64,000 nt of DNA, taken from contig CM060732.1 of the NCBI GenBank assembly GCA_030704615.1, positions 26,908,001 to 26,972,000 of the forward strand. Direction: 5' to 3'. Made by a program: the position numbers and the translations under genes. Shown piece after piece: positions 11,001 to 22,289 of the stretch. The notes beneath the pieces were generated by a model. It made no database searches. It worked only from the letters and a program-made list of their open reading frames with translations, and was not told the DNA's origin. Position 1 is the first letter of the stretch. Each line of letters opens with the position of its first letter. Source of the DNA: Takakia lepidozioides. Its lineage: Eukaryota > Plantae > Bryophyta.

Positions 11001-13823
11001 GTAAATGATCATTGAACACCTACTTGTCCCAGGTAAGTGTTCATTGTAAACTCCAAGATCTGCGGCCGATTTCGGATGAAAAAAGTGAAAAGGTGAGTTC
11101 GAACAGTGTGACATGTTCAGCTCAAACAGTGTGCGTTGACGCACACTGTTTGAGTTGCCAGTGATGGATTCTTCCATCCTCAGAAACCTGCCCTAGAAGT
11201 CCGAATTTAACTTGGAAAAAACACTTACATGTTCAGCTCAAACAGTGTGCGCCAACGCACACTGTTTGAGGTGTCACTGAATGGTTATTTGATCATCATA
11301 AACCTGCCCTGGAAGTCCGAATTTAACACCAAACACAGTGACATGTACAGCTCAAACAATGTGCGTTGACGCACACTCTTTGAGCTGCCAGTGAGGGATT
11401 CTTCCATCCTCAGAAATCTGCCCTGGAAGTCCGAATTTAACTTGGAAAAAACACTTACATATTCAGCTCAAACAGTGTGCGCCAACGCACACTGTTTGAG
11501 GTGTCACTGAATGGTTATTTCATCATCATACACCTGCCCTGGAAGTCCAAATTTAACACCAAAAACACAGTGACATGTACAGCTCAAACAGTGTGCGTTG
11601 ACGCACACTGTTTGAGCTGCCTGTGAGGGATTCTTCCATCCTCAGAAACCTGCCCTGGAAGTCCGAATTTAACTTGGAAAAACACTTACATGTTCAGCTC
11701 AAACAGTGTGCGCCAACGCACACTGTTTGAGCTGCCACTGAATGGTTATTTGATCACCATAAACCTGCCCTGGAAGTCCGAATTTAACACCAAAAAAATA
11801 GTGACATGTACAGCTCAAACAGTGTGCGTTGACGCACACTGTTTGAGCTGCCAGTGAGGGATCAATTCATCCCCAGAAACATGCCCTAAAGGTCGATTTT
11901 AAATCGGGAAAAACACTTACATGTTCAGCTCAAACAGTGTGCGCCAACGCACACTGTTTCAGCTGCCTCTGAATGGTTATTTGATCATCATAAACCTGCC
12001 CTGGAAGTCCGAATTTAACACCAAAAAAACAGTGACATGTATAGCTCAAATAGTGTGCGTTGACGCACACTGTTTGAGCTGCCAGTGAGGGATTAATTGA
12101 TCCCCAGAAACGTGCCCTAAAGGTCGATTTTAAATCGGAAAAAACACTTACATGTTCAGCTCAAACAGTGTGCGCCAACGCACACTGTTTGAGCTGCCTC
12201 TGAATGGTTATTTGATCATCATAAACCTGCCCTGGAAGTCCGAATTTAACACCAAAAACACAGTGACATGTACAGCTCAAACAGTGTGCGTTGACGCACA
12301 CCGTTTGAGCTGCCAGTGAGGGATTCTTCCATCCTCAGAAACCTGCCCTGGAAGTCCGAATTTAACTTGGAAAAAACACTTACATCTTCAGCTCAAACAG
12401 TGTGCGCCAACGCACACTGTTTGAGGTGTCATTGAATGGTTATTTGATCATCATAAACCTGCCCTGGAAGTCCGAATTTAACACCAAAAACATAGTGACA
12501 TGTACAGCTCAAACAGTGTGCGTTGACGCACACTGTTTGAGCTGCCAGTGAGGGATTCTTCCATCCTTAGAAACCTGCCCTGGAAGTCCGAATTTAACTT
12601 GGAAAAACACTTACATCTTCAGCTCAAACAGTGTGCGCCAACGCACACTGTTTGAGGTGTCACTGAATGGTTATTTCACCATCATAAACCTGCCCTGGAA
12701 GTCCGAATTTAACACCAAAAACACAGTGACATGTACAGCTCAAACAGTGTGCGTTGACGCACACTGTTTGAGCTGCCTGTGAGGGATTCTTCCATCCTCA
12801 GAAACCTGCCCTGGAAGTCCGAATTTAACTTGGAAAAGACACTTACATGTTCAGCTTAAATAGTGTGCGCCAACGCACACTGTTTGAGCTGCCGCTGAAT
12901 GGTTATTTGATCATCATAAACCTGCCCTGGAAGTCCGAATTTAACACCAAAAAAATAGTGACATGTACAGCTCAAACAGTGTGCGTTGACGCACACTGTT
13001 TGAGCTGCCAGTGAGGGATTAATTCATTCCCAGACACGTGCCCTAAAGGTCGATTTTAAATCGGAAAAAACACTTACCTGTTCAGCTCAAACAGTGTGCG
13101 CCATCCTCAGAAACGTGCCCTAACTGCCGAATTCAACACGGAGAAAACCGTGACATGTAGAGCTCAAACAGTGTGCGGCAACGCACACTGTTTGAGGTGC
13201 CACTGAAGGGTTCTCTCATCCTGACATACATATCCTGGAAAACCGATATCCAGACGGAAACAACAGTGAAATGTTCAGCCCAACTCACACTGATTGAGCT
13301 TGCAATTTGGCTTGTATTGAACCTGGTTTAGTGCCCAAGTTTGGGCGTTTCGCACCTGAACAATCAAGCAAATTGGTAGGCCCAAACAGTGTGCGTTGCC
13401 GCACACTGTTTGAGCTTCCAGTTTGCGGTGCTTTCAGCCTGGTGCAGATGTCCTGTGTGGGCTATATTCATATCAGCAACGAAACACAAATGTGGGTCTT
13501 AAAGATTTCACCTTTTTCTTGGCTGCTCCAGAAGACTCCCCAATTGCCGGGGACCCTTTGCGCTTCGGGCTGCTCTCTGCGCCGAGCGTGTACGTGAGCC
13601 TCTCCCCCTTCCTCTTTCCCACAGGCAGACTTCTCGTGAGGCCACCTTCAACATCCTCTTCCATCTCGCCTGTCTCTCCCTCAGATGCAGTGTGCTCTTC
13701 ATCTGTTCTTGGAACTATGGCGGGCTGCTGTTCTTCTGCTGATTCATGCTCCTCCATCGCCACACTTTCCTCTACTCCCTCTTCTACCTCCTTTTCCTCT
13801 TCGTCCACTCTTTCCATCCTCAT
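8012..13823 (-). pseudogene. Spliced ParB/Srx-domain + beta-class N6A/N4C DNA methyltransferase fusion (about 820 aa reconstructed; this copy disrupted)
   Basis: Phase-consistent exons 13823-13512, 10774-10179, 10083-9891, 9786-9346, 9226-9003, 8861-8672, 8637-8322, 8205-8012; the start codon is uncertain. ParB motif WDGNHRLLA (10313-10327) and MNDVNR. MTase motifs X-I-II: ERSPAFIQTIVECCTYTDARVLDLSMGIG-ASYHACKASARHLFGIEGD. Lesions: in-frame TGA at 9032-9034, a 34-nt GT..AG gap at 8638-8671, a CGG acceptor at 8206-8208, and no canonical (D/N/S)PP(Y/F/W). Confidence 0.8.
10840..13420. repeat. Higher-order tandem array: about 116-bp monomers (A/B dimer about 232 bp), each with the 40-bp palindrome CAGCTCAAACAGTGTGCG-N4-CGCACACTGTTTGAGCTG
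   Basis: 17 consecutive palindromes from 11117 to about 13007, loops strictly alternating TTGA/CCAA. Degenerate or truncated copies at about 10842, 10958, 13083, 13160, 13276, 13379. Lies inside intron 1 (10775-13511) of the ParB-MTase gene. Confidence 0.97.
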
Positions 13824-14770
13824 TCTATCTCTGGCTCTATTCCTGTTTCTAGAGCTCGTGAAGTATAGTGACTTCCTTCTCTTCCTCCTCCGCTGGAAAC
13901 AAGGGCTCCCCACGATGCCTCTAGAGCTCTCCAGTTTGACGTTTCTAACAAGTGCTGCTATGGCATGTAACCAAAATCAAAATTGGACGTTGTCAACCAT
14001 ATTTGGATGCGGGTTTTGTTATTGTGTGCGAACGGAATTCATCCATTCCGTCGTCTCCGTATTATCCAAGTAATAAAACGCTAGAAAAAAAGTACATCCG
14101 TTGCATGCACTAGCGATATATGTCAGATGTGCTGCGCCGCCTGCCAGTACACCGCGGCCTTCTTGCTTTTTTTCAAATTCGGATGTGCCGTAGAAATGTA
14201 ATGCTGGTTCATTTTCGAGCAGTTCTTGCAGATCCGCAATAATTGTTATGCTTCACATATGCATCCACGTGTGTTGTACTGCCTACCCTGTGGTTTGCAT
14301 TTTACCGTAACCGTCGCCATGGGGTCATTAGGCATAAAGGGTTCTGTCGGATACGACCATGTCTGGCACGCATTCGTGCGAGGTATCTTCTGCAGTGTCA
14401 GTGTTTGTGCTGTGCTCTTCTGGCACAGCACAACCTCATGACATTTGTGGTCTTCTTGTTTACTGCTCTCCAGGGTTGTTGCCGTCTTTTCATAATGGAT
14501 GGTGTCATGTCGTTTTCAGTGTTTGTTTTCATCCATAAACAGCACGGCTTGTTGTAGTATTTGAAAACAGTTTTTCTGGTTAGTGCCTCTTAGCGTTGCT
14601 GTTTCCGAAGTGAAGGTGCATCTCATCTCTACATCCTTTGCATGCATCACCCGCAACATTTGGTTTGGAGCTACCCTTGTTGTCCTCAGTTTGCTTGTCT
14701 TAATTCCCCTTTCGGTGATTGCGGGCTATCAGTTCGAGGATTCCGCAACTTTCGTTCAGTGAGGGAAAAC
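13824..14770. promoter_or_regulatory. Putative bidirectional promoter / 5'UTR region between the two MULE genes
   Basis: Non-coding interval between divergent ATGs at 13823 (-) and 14771 (+); inferred from gene arrangement only. Confidence 0.4.
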
Positions 14771-17700
14771 ATGTCGAGGGAGCGAGATACACTTGCTCGA
14801 TTCCATTCCAATGCAGGTACTCTTCCACTGACTGCCACTGCAGACGACGATGGGTTTGCAGTTGTTCATGAGGATGAGCTGGTTACAGTGTTCCCGCTGG
14901 AGTTGGGTTCTATCCTTGTTCAAAAAGAGGTGTATGACGAGGATGGGAATTTGGATTCTGGGCACTTGGAGAAACCATTGGTTGGCAAGTGTGGAAGGAA
15001 GTGGAGAGTCCTTCCAGGCACATACCGTGTCCTTGGAAAAGAGAGAAGACAATCAGCAGGATCAGTCGTTACCCCTGGCACTGCAGCATCGGTCGTGCAA
15101 CAGAAGGGCACAGTTCCTGTGAAACAAGATGTGAGCACATCCACTACCTTCGTGACTCTTTCAGACTCGTCCTCGGAGGATGTTTCTGAGATTCCTCCGC
15201 CAGTGCAGACTCCGTCATTGGATGATGACGAATTGCAAGAGATAACGAGTGTCATTCCAAAATTGAAAGCCCTCGCAGGTGTGCCTGGGTGCAAGAGCGA
15301 GCTGCGTTTTGTTGATTGTGAGTCCCTTCCTGTGCAACGGGTTCAATACGTGCCAGCACAGTTTGATGGGGACATCCTGTTTGAGCTCAACCCTCCCACC
15401 TCTTCCACTGGACTGGCTGGGGCTTTTGCAGGGCATGGACAAGAAACATGACGGACATCCTTGGTGCATGATAAAAACGTCGAACATCCATAACGACATT
15501 GGCTTGAAATTTCGGAGGTCGGTCTGCGTTGGGCATTGTAAGTGCCAGAATATTTCTTGCCCTCGGCTGAGAAACAACGCTCAACCAAACGAAAGTGAGT
15601 GGGAAGGTGTGCCCCTGAATCCTTTCACCCCAGGGCTTGCCCCTCCCAGGACCAATACTTTTGTGTGCAAGTTCTGCAAACTTTCCCCGTCCTGTGTTTC
15701 TGTGTGCCACGCTCGTATGTATCAGGTGGCACACCGATGCAAGACAATGACTCGTGCCTGCATTCATATGGGTGCACACGAGCATCCTGTGTCCAAAGGA
15801 AGTTGCAGGGATAGCGTGGACATCGCTAGAAATCTGCTGAAGCAGAAGTTCCACAATGCCCCTTGTGCAACACCTTCTGCTATAGCGCTTGCAGCTAGCA
15901 AGGCATTCCTGGAGAAACACATACTGGGTGAAGGGGATGCGACACAACTTATGCTGGATGCAGATTCGCTTAATGCAGTCATGGACCATTTCTCCGTATT
16001 GAGCTCTCCCAATATTCGAAACCAGGTGAATGCACTCAGAATGGGCACAGGCACTGCTGGATTCATGGACAACATTATAGACATGAAACGGAGGAGTCGC
16101 TATGAATTCATTCAAAACAGTATCTTCCCTGGCCAGGGCTCGTCCAAGGTGTATTTGTTCAAGATGTCCGCTGTGGGCGAAGGCAGTGGTGTGAGCATTG
16201 TCCGCCGTATGCAACCAGGAGGAGATTTGGCTAAATGTTGGTTAATGTTTGATCACTGCAAACGGGTGAAGGGTTGGACAACCATGGCGTGCCATGTGTA
16301 TGATCCGGCGTACCAGCGTGTGCTCTCCATAGCAATTTGTGATATGCAGTCGGAAGACACTGAATCCCAGATGCTCATGTGGAATTCGCTCTTGGCCGTC
16401 ATGCAGCGCAATGGAATACAAAACACAAATTTTGCGGGCTTCATGGCTGATAGTGCACAGGCAAATTTCAATGCAGTGCGACGCGTGTTTGGTTCGGGGG
16501 ATCCTAAGGTCCCAATGGAAAATAGGGAGCGCACATGCCTCTTCCATTGGACTCAATCTCTGGCACGTCATACAAAGCGCTGCATTCGCCCTGACCTGCA
16601 GTTGGAGCACAGAAGGCTCTGTCTCAAGTACAAGAATGCCACCTCAATGGGAGAAGCTGAGAGCACTTACCAGACAATCCGGGCTTGGTGGTTCTCCTCT
16701 GGTGCTGCAACAGGTACCCACGTAAAGGAGTTGGAGGACTGGTTGGTTTTCTGGCACTTCAGGTATAGACAGTGGGGAGCTTTCATGACGACGGTAAGCC
16801 TCTTCAATCCCAAAAACAGAAATTTTGCATCGTGCCTGTTCATTTGGGGTTCTTCGATTGTCACTTGAAGAACCTCTACCATTTGTTTTCGTTCCTCACA
16901 TATCCATGCAATGCCTCCTGCAGGACATGTCCTTGGAGGACTTGGCCGACATGCCATCCTGTAATTTGGCGGAGACTGTTCACAACGCCTGGATGCAGCA
17001 GTCTACCAAAGCAGGTCGTGACTTGTATGTGGCCACTGCTGATGACATGGTGCGTGCACTTACACAACAAACCAGGTACCGCAATTTTCTGATGGGACGG
17101 GGTGGAGGCAAGGGCCCTGATACGACTTTGTTGATGCTAAGGGCTGCGAGTAGGTCCGGAGTCCCGTCAAAGATGGCCAGAGCTCTAAACAGATGCACTG
17201 AAGGGTCCCCTCTACAATCCAGGCTCCCCCATTTGGAAGGCGAGGAAAGATTTGGATCATGCAAAAGGAAATTGAACACTCTTCCAGGGTCAGATGGAGA
17301 TTCCCATCGGCCAGACAAGGTCAATTTCTCTGTGCCAAAGGTGTCTCCACTGCAGACTGAGTCGTGTGCCCGCCCCTTCCCAGGTGGGTCCTCTTCCAGT
17401 GGAGCAGGTGCAGAACATACAAGCACAACAGCGGGAATCCCATTGGAGGAGGTGGTGGCCATGGTGCAGGAATCCGATTGCATTGATAGTGAGTGGCATA
17501 TAGAACGCACCCCACCAGGATCTAGAGTGGCTTGCATGGCAATTCGGACCCCCTCATTCAAGAAATGCAAATCAAAGATATGCAAAGGCTCCAGGGGGAC
17601 TCTAGCTCCAACATTCACAGGGTTGTTCCGACCTTATCATAGTGGGGAGTCAAAGGACCACAAATTTTGGTTTTGCCCAGACGATATGGCACGATGCGTG

Positions 17701-18336
17701 AAGGGAATAGTTCGTCCTTCGGTGATAATGAAACCCCCTCCCCCGCAATTTGGCCTGTGCAAATTGGGACGTCGCTGTCATCAACCGAGATAAGCATGCT
17801 GGAGGAGGGAGGGTTCTGTCTTGCACGGTCCCGGGTGGTGCCCTCATGCACTGTCGGCACAGATGTGCCACATGCTCCGGCAATGCCGCCACCCGGTGCC
17901 GACTCCCACCCAACAAAAAGAGATGGAAAAACAGTGCGCCATTTCGCTTCGGGTGCAGATCACGAATGCAAGATGGAATCTGCTAGAATTTTGCAGGCTC
18001 GGGGTGTCTCGTATCACCGAAGTCCCTTCTCCGGGGTATGGACGGATTTACACAGTGCTGTCAATTGGGTCAGTTCTTCATGGCAAAGAATATCAGGTTA
18101 CCGTCGGGAATTTCCCTTCGTGCACTTGTCCGGACTTTGTAACGATGCGTGAGGGCGCTCTCGGCATGAGAGGGAAGTGGGTCCCCTGCAAGCATCAATA
18201 TTACATATACCTTGTGATTATGTGTTGCGACGGTAAGAGAGACCAATTCATCCACCAAGCCACACTAGGCTATGGAGAAGTGAACACCCTTCTACAGCGG
18301 GACACCTCGCGTGGAGCTCCGCCAACTTCTCTTTGA
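14771..18336 (+). CDS. Mutator (MULE) DDE transposase with N-terminal WRKY/GCM1-like Zn domain and C-terminal SWIM finger (about 1,140 aa; three frameshifts)
   Basis: CVGHCKCQNISC...CKFC...C...HMGAHEH; LMFD(D1)...FMAD(D2)...CLFH; intron 16794-16923 (GTAAG..CAG); SCNLAET(E); SWIM CTCPDF...PCKH. Frameshifts at about 15425, 17740 and 18002, all in homopolymer runs. Confidence 0.9.
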
Positions 18337-18649
18337 ACACATACGAGCCATGCCCGCTTAACATGCTGGTTTGCAGGTTGCCGTGTGAAGACTTTGCATT
18401 TCTGACAAACATATGGATTTCGTTTACGGAACCAGGGCAAATGCACATGCAATTCATTGTAAGCGTCTATCTGTGAATTGAAATAAACTGTGACAATCAT
18501 TCTGAGCTCAAATCTGCCATGTTTTCATATTTCTGTTTTTGAGCGGGCATTGCAGACATGGTGTGTGTTGGCCCCCTTTGTTTTGTCCACGGTAATAGGC
18601 CCTCTTCCTGCAATCCTCGCCTATAGGACCTTCTTCTCCAGCAGATTCG

Positions 18650-18755
18650 TGCCGCTCACGCTTCCCTGAAGCGTGAGCTCAGCTCACGCTTTGTAGCTTG
18701 AACGTGAGCTCAGCTCCCAGGCTCACGGGGCTGGGCTCACGCCGTAGCTACGCTC
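18650..18755. repeat. Right subterminal CGTGAGC/GCTCACG cluster of the MULE
   Basis: At least six copies of the motif in both orientations just before the right TSD. Confidence 0.8.
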
Positions 18756-18884
18756 TCCCAAAAGTGTGACAAGTCATACAACCCCGCAGACTCTTAGTGC
18801 GCCCAATGAATAGAGCAAGGAATTGAGGGCTTCGGAGTCACGGTTGTAGTTTGTAAATAAGGGTTGTCTCAAGACCTCATCAAA

Positions 18885-19055
18885 GTATGACACCTCTCGA
18901 AGGGAGCGTAACTTATGGTGTCTCTTCACCACAAGGGCTACTGCCTTCCAGCTGAAAGGTGGACACCTTCATGACACACCAGACCATGGTTTGAAACCCA
19001 CAACCACATCCAATGTGGTATGTGCCCATTACCACTGGGCTACATGCTGGTTGTC
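18885..19055 (-). mobile_element. tRNA-derived SINE, full length
   Basis: Minus strand has an A box (TAGCCCAGTGG) and a B-box-like GGTTTCAAACC. 13-bp TSD AGACCTCATCAAA at 18872-18884 and 19056-19068. Confidence 0.88.
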
Positions 19056-19099
19056 AGACCTCATCAAAAGAAGAGGGTTTGGTTTGGAGAAAGAAGCCT

Positions 19100-19850
19100 C
19101 TCATCGATGTCCAAACAGATTGCTAGACTTTGGAGCCATTGTGTTAGACTTGCCTCCTTGAACCGTCCACTTCAGCGAGGCAAGCTAGAGAGGGCTAGAC
19201 TTCGGAATAGTGATGCGATTTGATCCGGGTGAGTGGTTCTGGATGAATAAACATCACGACCGTTTTTTCACTTACACTATTAAGCTCGGGTATTCCTTGC
19301 TAATTCCCAAACAATCTTTCCAAAGTAAGTGGCAGAAAATGGGCCCATTCCTCTGAGCAACATATATCTTGGAAACATGTTTGGGTTGATATCTGGAAAA
19401 AACATAGGCCGGCGAAGATTTCTGCTTTTCTATGGAAGATAACAAATAGAATTGTGCCTGTTGGTGCTTCTATCTCAAACCCTCCTTCCAATTGCGCTAT
19501 GTGTAGCCTCAATCTTCTGGGAAATATTGAACACTACTTGGTGTTCTGTCCTTTTGCTGCAGTTGTTTGATCCAGAGCCTTCTCCCTCTATTCTCTTTAG
19601 AATCCCAGTCTTTCTTACTCTGCCACTGTTGTTCTTTTGAACATTAAAGATGGTATCTAGTTTTGCTCATGCCCTGTTTGGGAAGCTATGAGGAGTACTA
19701 TGTTTCTGGTAGATCTGGAAAATGAGATGTTCAGTAGTATTTCAAAATTCTATGCCCTATTTGGAGAAGGTTCTGTGCACCTGGCTCACTCAGGGCTCAC
19801 TCAGACCATCCTTGCACCGATATCAGATGTGTTTTGCTTGTTACAGTTGA
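19100..19850 (+). mobile_element. LINE ORF2 3' remnant with zf-RVT
   Basis: FDPGEWFW...YTIKLG; WKHVWVDIWKKHRPAKISAFLWKI...CAMC...NIEHYLVFCP. Confidence 0.8.
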
Positions 19851-19859
19851 ATTAAATTG

Positions 19860-20860
19860 TATCTCGCATGTGTTATTAGTATGGGCAACTTTTTCATCAT
19901 TAACTCCATCTTTTCCATGTACTCTTTAACAGTTTCATGCTTCTTTTGCCTTAACTGTTGTAAACTCCCATACACTTCATCCTCAGTCTTGCTTGTCCTA
20001 AACCTGTTTCGGAATGCTGTACTAAGGCCATTCCAGGTTAGGAAATGATTATTAGGAAACCTTGCATATCATTCACTTGTTTTCTTGATAAGTGAACAAA
20101 GAAACAGTCTCATCTTGGCATCATCGCCATTCTCATTGTTCACAATACACATGTGCTCAAATTGGCTGATGTGTACGTCAGGATCCCCTTTTCCTGCATA
20201 TATTGGAAAAGGTGGCTTGGCCCGTGTTGGAGGTACCGCCATCTGTGGCCCTACACCCTGCCCTCTGACAGGTGTTGGTCCTCCTGTTGGTGTTGGTCCT
20301 TGAGGACCTGCTGTTGTAGTGGTGGAACTTCCACCTGGTGTTGGCCCCTGAGCACTCCCTGCTCATGTCTAAAGCTCGTAAATGTTGGTTGACCCTTGTT
20401 TCAGCTCTTCCAAAGTGTGGAATCAGGAGGAGAGCCCAGCTCATCACTACCTTCGATAGTTCTTGGGGAAAAGGTGGGATGTTCTGCAGGAGAATATCGG
20501 ATACCAAAATCAAATGGGAAGATTGTCTCCCAACCTGTTGGCAGCTCGGTCAGCGCTCGCATTTCTCCCTTAGGGTTTGATGAAGCTGAAGTCAACTCAT
20601 AGTTCTTTTCTCTGTTCTTTTGGCAAAGCCTTCGGAGTAACTTGTAGTTCAGGCTCTTGTAGTTTTGAATGCTTTGTAGATTATGTGGCCCCTTTGGCAG
20701 AGACTACATGTTGCCTTCTTCTCTAACTCTTTTCCCCCCCTTGATCTTTATCCTTTCCTTCTCTTGTGTTTCTGGCTCGGAGTGGAACCTCAATCATATG
20801 CCTTCATGGCTTTTGTAAGGTTAGTTTTTCCTTACCTTATTAATAAAATTTCTAGGGCCA
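19860..20860 (-). mobile_element. LTR retrotransposon gag-like remnant
   Basis: Minus strand gives a Pro-rich linker then DPDVHI...FEHMCIVNNENGDDAKMRLFLCSL, a retrotransposon gag signature; interrupted. Confidence 0.6.
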
Positions 20861-20929
20861 CTGTCCCCTGATCTCTAAAATTAAAAAAAGAAAGAAAAAA
20901 AGAAAGAAAAAAAGAATGGACTAGGACCA

Positions 20930-21480
20930 TTTGGTTCTTTGGTCATCTTCTAAAAAGCCTTCAGTTTGATCCAGAGGAGTGATCTTGAATGGACAACGTC
21001 CACACTCCATTCTTTGGTTATACAGCTAAGTTATGCTACACTCTTCTGGTCCCTACCTCTTCTTTATCCAGAAAATGGAACGCTAGGTAGACGCTCTACG
21101 CTGAAACTTGTTGGAAATTACCTCTTTGGAAGGATGTTTGGCACAAAGACTGAGCGGCGAAGATCTCTACTTTTCTATGACAACTTTATAATAGCATTCT
21201 TTTGACTAGATGTTTTATTGCTCATTTTCATTGTATCCGTAATCTGTGTAACAATCAGAACGAGCAGTCCTTGGAACATTGCCTTCTCAATTGCTTGATT
21301 GTTCGTTATGTTTGGCCTCTGGTTTTGCGTCTGTATGCTAAGTGGAAATCAGTGCACCCCTCCTCAGTCTCCACAACGAGGCTTTCTGGTCCTTTTGCCT
21401 ATTATGGGCTTGTCTCTGTGCGCACACACTTTGGAACATTTGGAAGTCACTCTGCTCTTTTGTTTATGAGATATAGCCCA
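20930..21480 (+). mobile_element. Second LINE zf-RVT remnant
   Basis: WKDVWHKD*AAKISTFL...LCNNQNEQSLEHCLLNC...VW. Confidence 0.7.
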
Positions 21481-22096
21481 GACAGTTTAAGTATACAAAC
21501 CTGATGACTGAGGGGAGAAAAGCATGGGTTCTACTGGGCAAAGGTGTGTACAAGAGCCCCGATAGGCGATGGGCCCAACTTTTAGGATTTTGATATCTCC
21601 TGGTTAAGCATAACATCCTTTGCTCCAAACTTTCTGAATCACATATCTCTCGGCACGATCAGCTCTCCAAGGATTGGGAGCACACTGGGTGATGGTGATG
21701 ATTCCGACATAAATTGGAGGCATAGGAAAATTGGAAACAACACCAAATCACATTTGGACTTTGACATGCTCCGACTTTTAGTTTTTCTCTTGACCTTCAA
21801 TTTTGACTTTGATCGATCTACTTGCCTTTTTTCTCTCCCATCTCTAAACCATCTACTCCTGCTACGTTAAAATGATATAATAAAGATAATAAATAATTTT
21901 ACTTAATTTTTTCCACTATTTTGAAATCTTTTTTAGAGGGAAAAATAAAGTGTGAACTCTTGATGTAGCATGCGTAGCTTCTTTTCCTGAAGGTGGACAT
22001 CTTGGAGGAAAACATTGTTATTAGATCGGTTCTAGACTAGCAACCGGACAAAACACTAAAATGTGTGGCTATTGCCCGCTTCTTCGTCCATTACAT

Positions 22097-22289
22097 TTTT
22101 TAAAAAAAAAGAAAAAAAGTATGACGCCTCCCCAAGGGAGCATATCTTATGGTGTCACTTGACCCCGAAGGGCTACTGCCTTCCAGCAGGAAGGTGGACA
22201 CCTTCATGACACACCAGACGGTGGTTTGAACCCACAACCACATCCAACGTGGTATGTGCCCATTACCACTGGGCTACATGCTGGTTGTC
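22097..22289 (-). mobile_element. tRNA-derived SINE, full length (same family as 18885-19055)
   Basis: Closely similar to 18885-19055. TSD TCCATTACAT at 22087-22096 and 22290-22299. On the sense strand, a T-rich tail followed by a short A tail. Confidence 0.9.

Larger units (their letters stand above)
7122..18755. mobile_element. Mutator-like element (MULE), 11,634 bp, two divergent genes and an internal palindromic array
   Basis: Perfect 9-bp TSD TCCCAAAAG at 7113-7121 and 18756-18764. Degenerate 23-bp termini in register (GTGGGGTGCTATTCCGTGAGCCC vs reverse-complement GAGCGTAGCTACGGCGTGAGCCC). Clustered CGTGAGC motifs at both ends. Encodes a MULE DDE transposase. Confidence 0.93.

Noticed and set aside
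10840-13420. CRISPR array (palindromic repeats with spacers)
   Set aside because: Spacers are not unique (A/A'/B types repeat), they are about 76 bp long, there are no cas genes, and the context is a plant intron.
13423-14073. 216-aa Ser-rich plus-strand ORF
   Set aside because: Antisense shadow of the Glu/Arg-rich exon 1 of the ParB-MTase gene.
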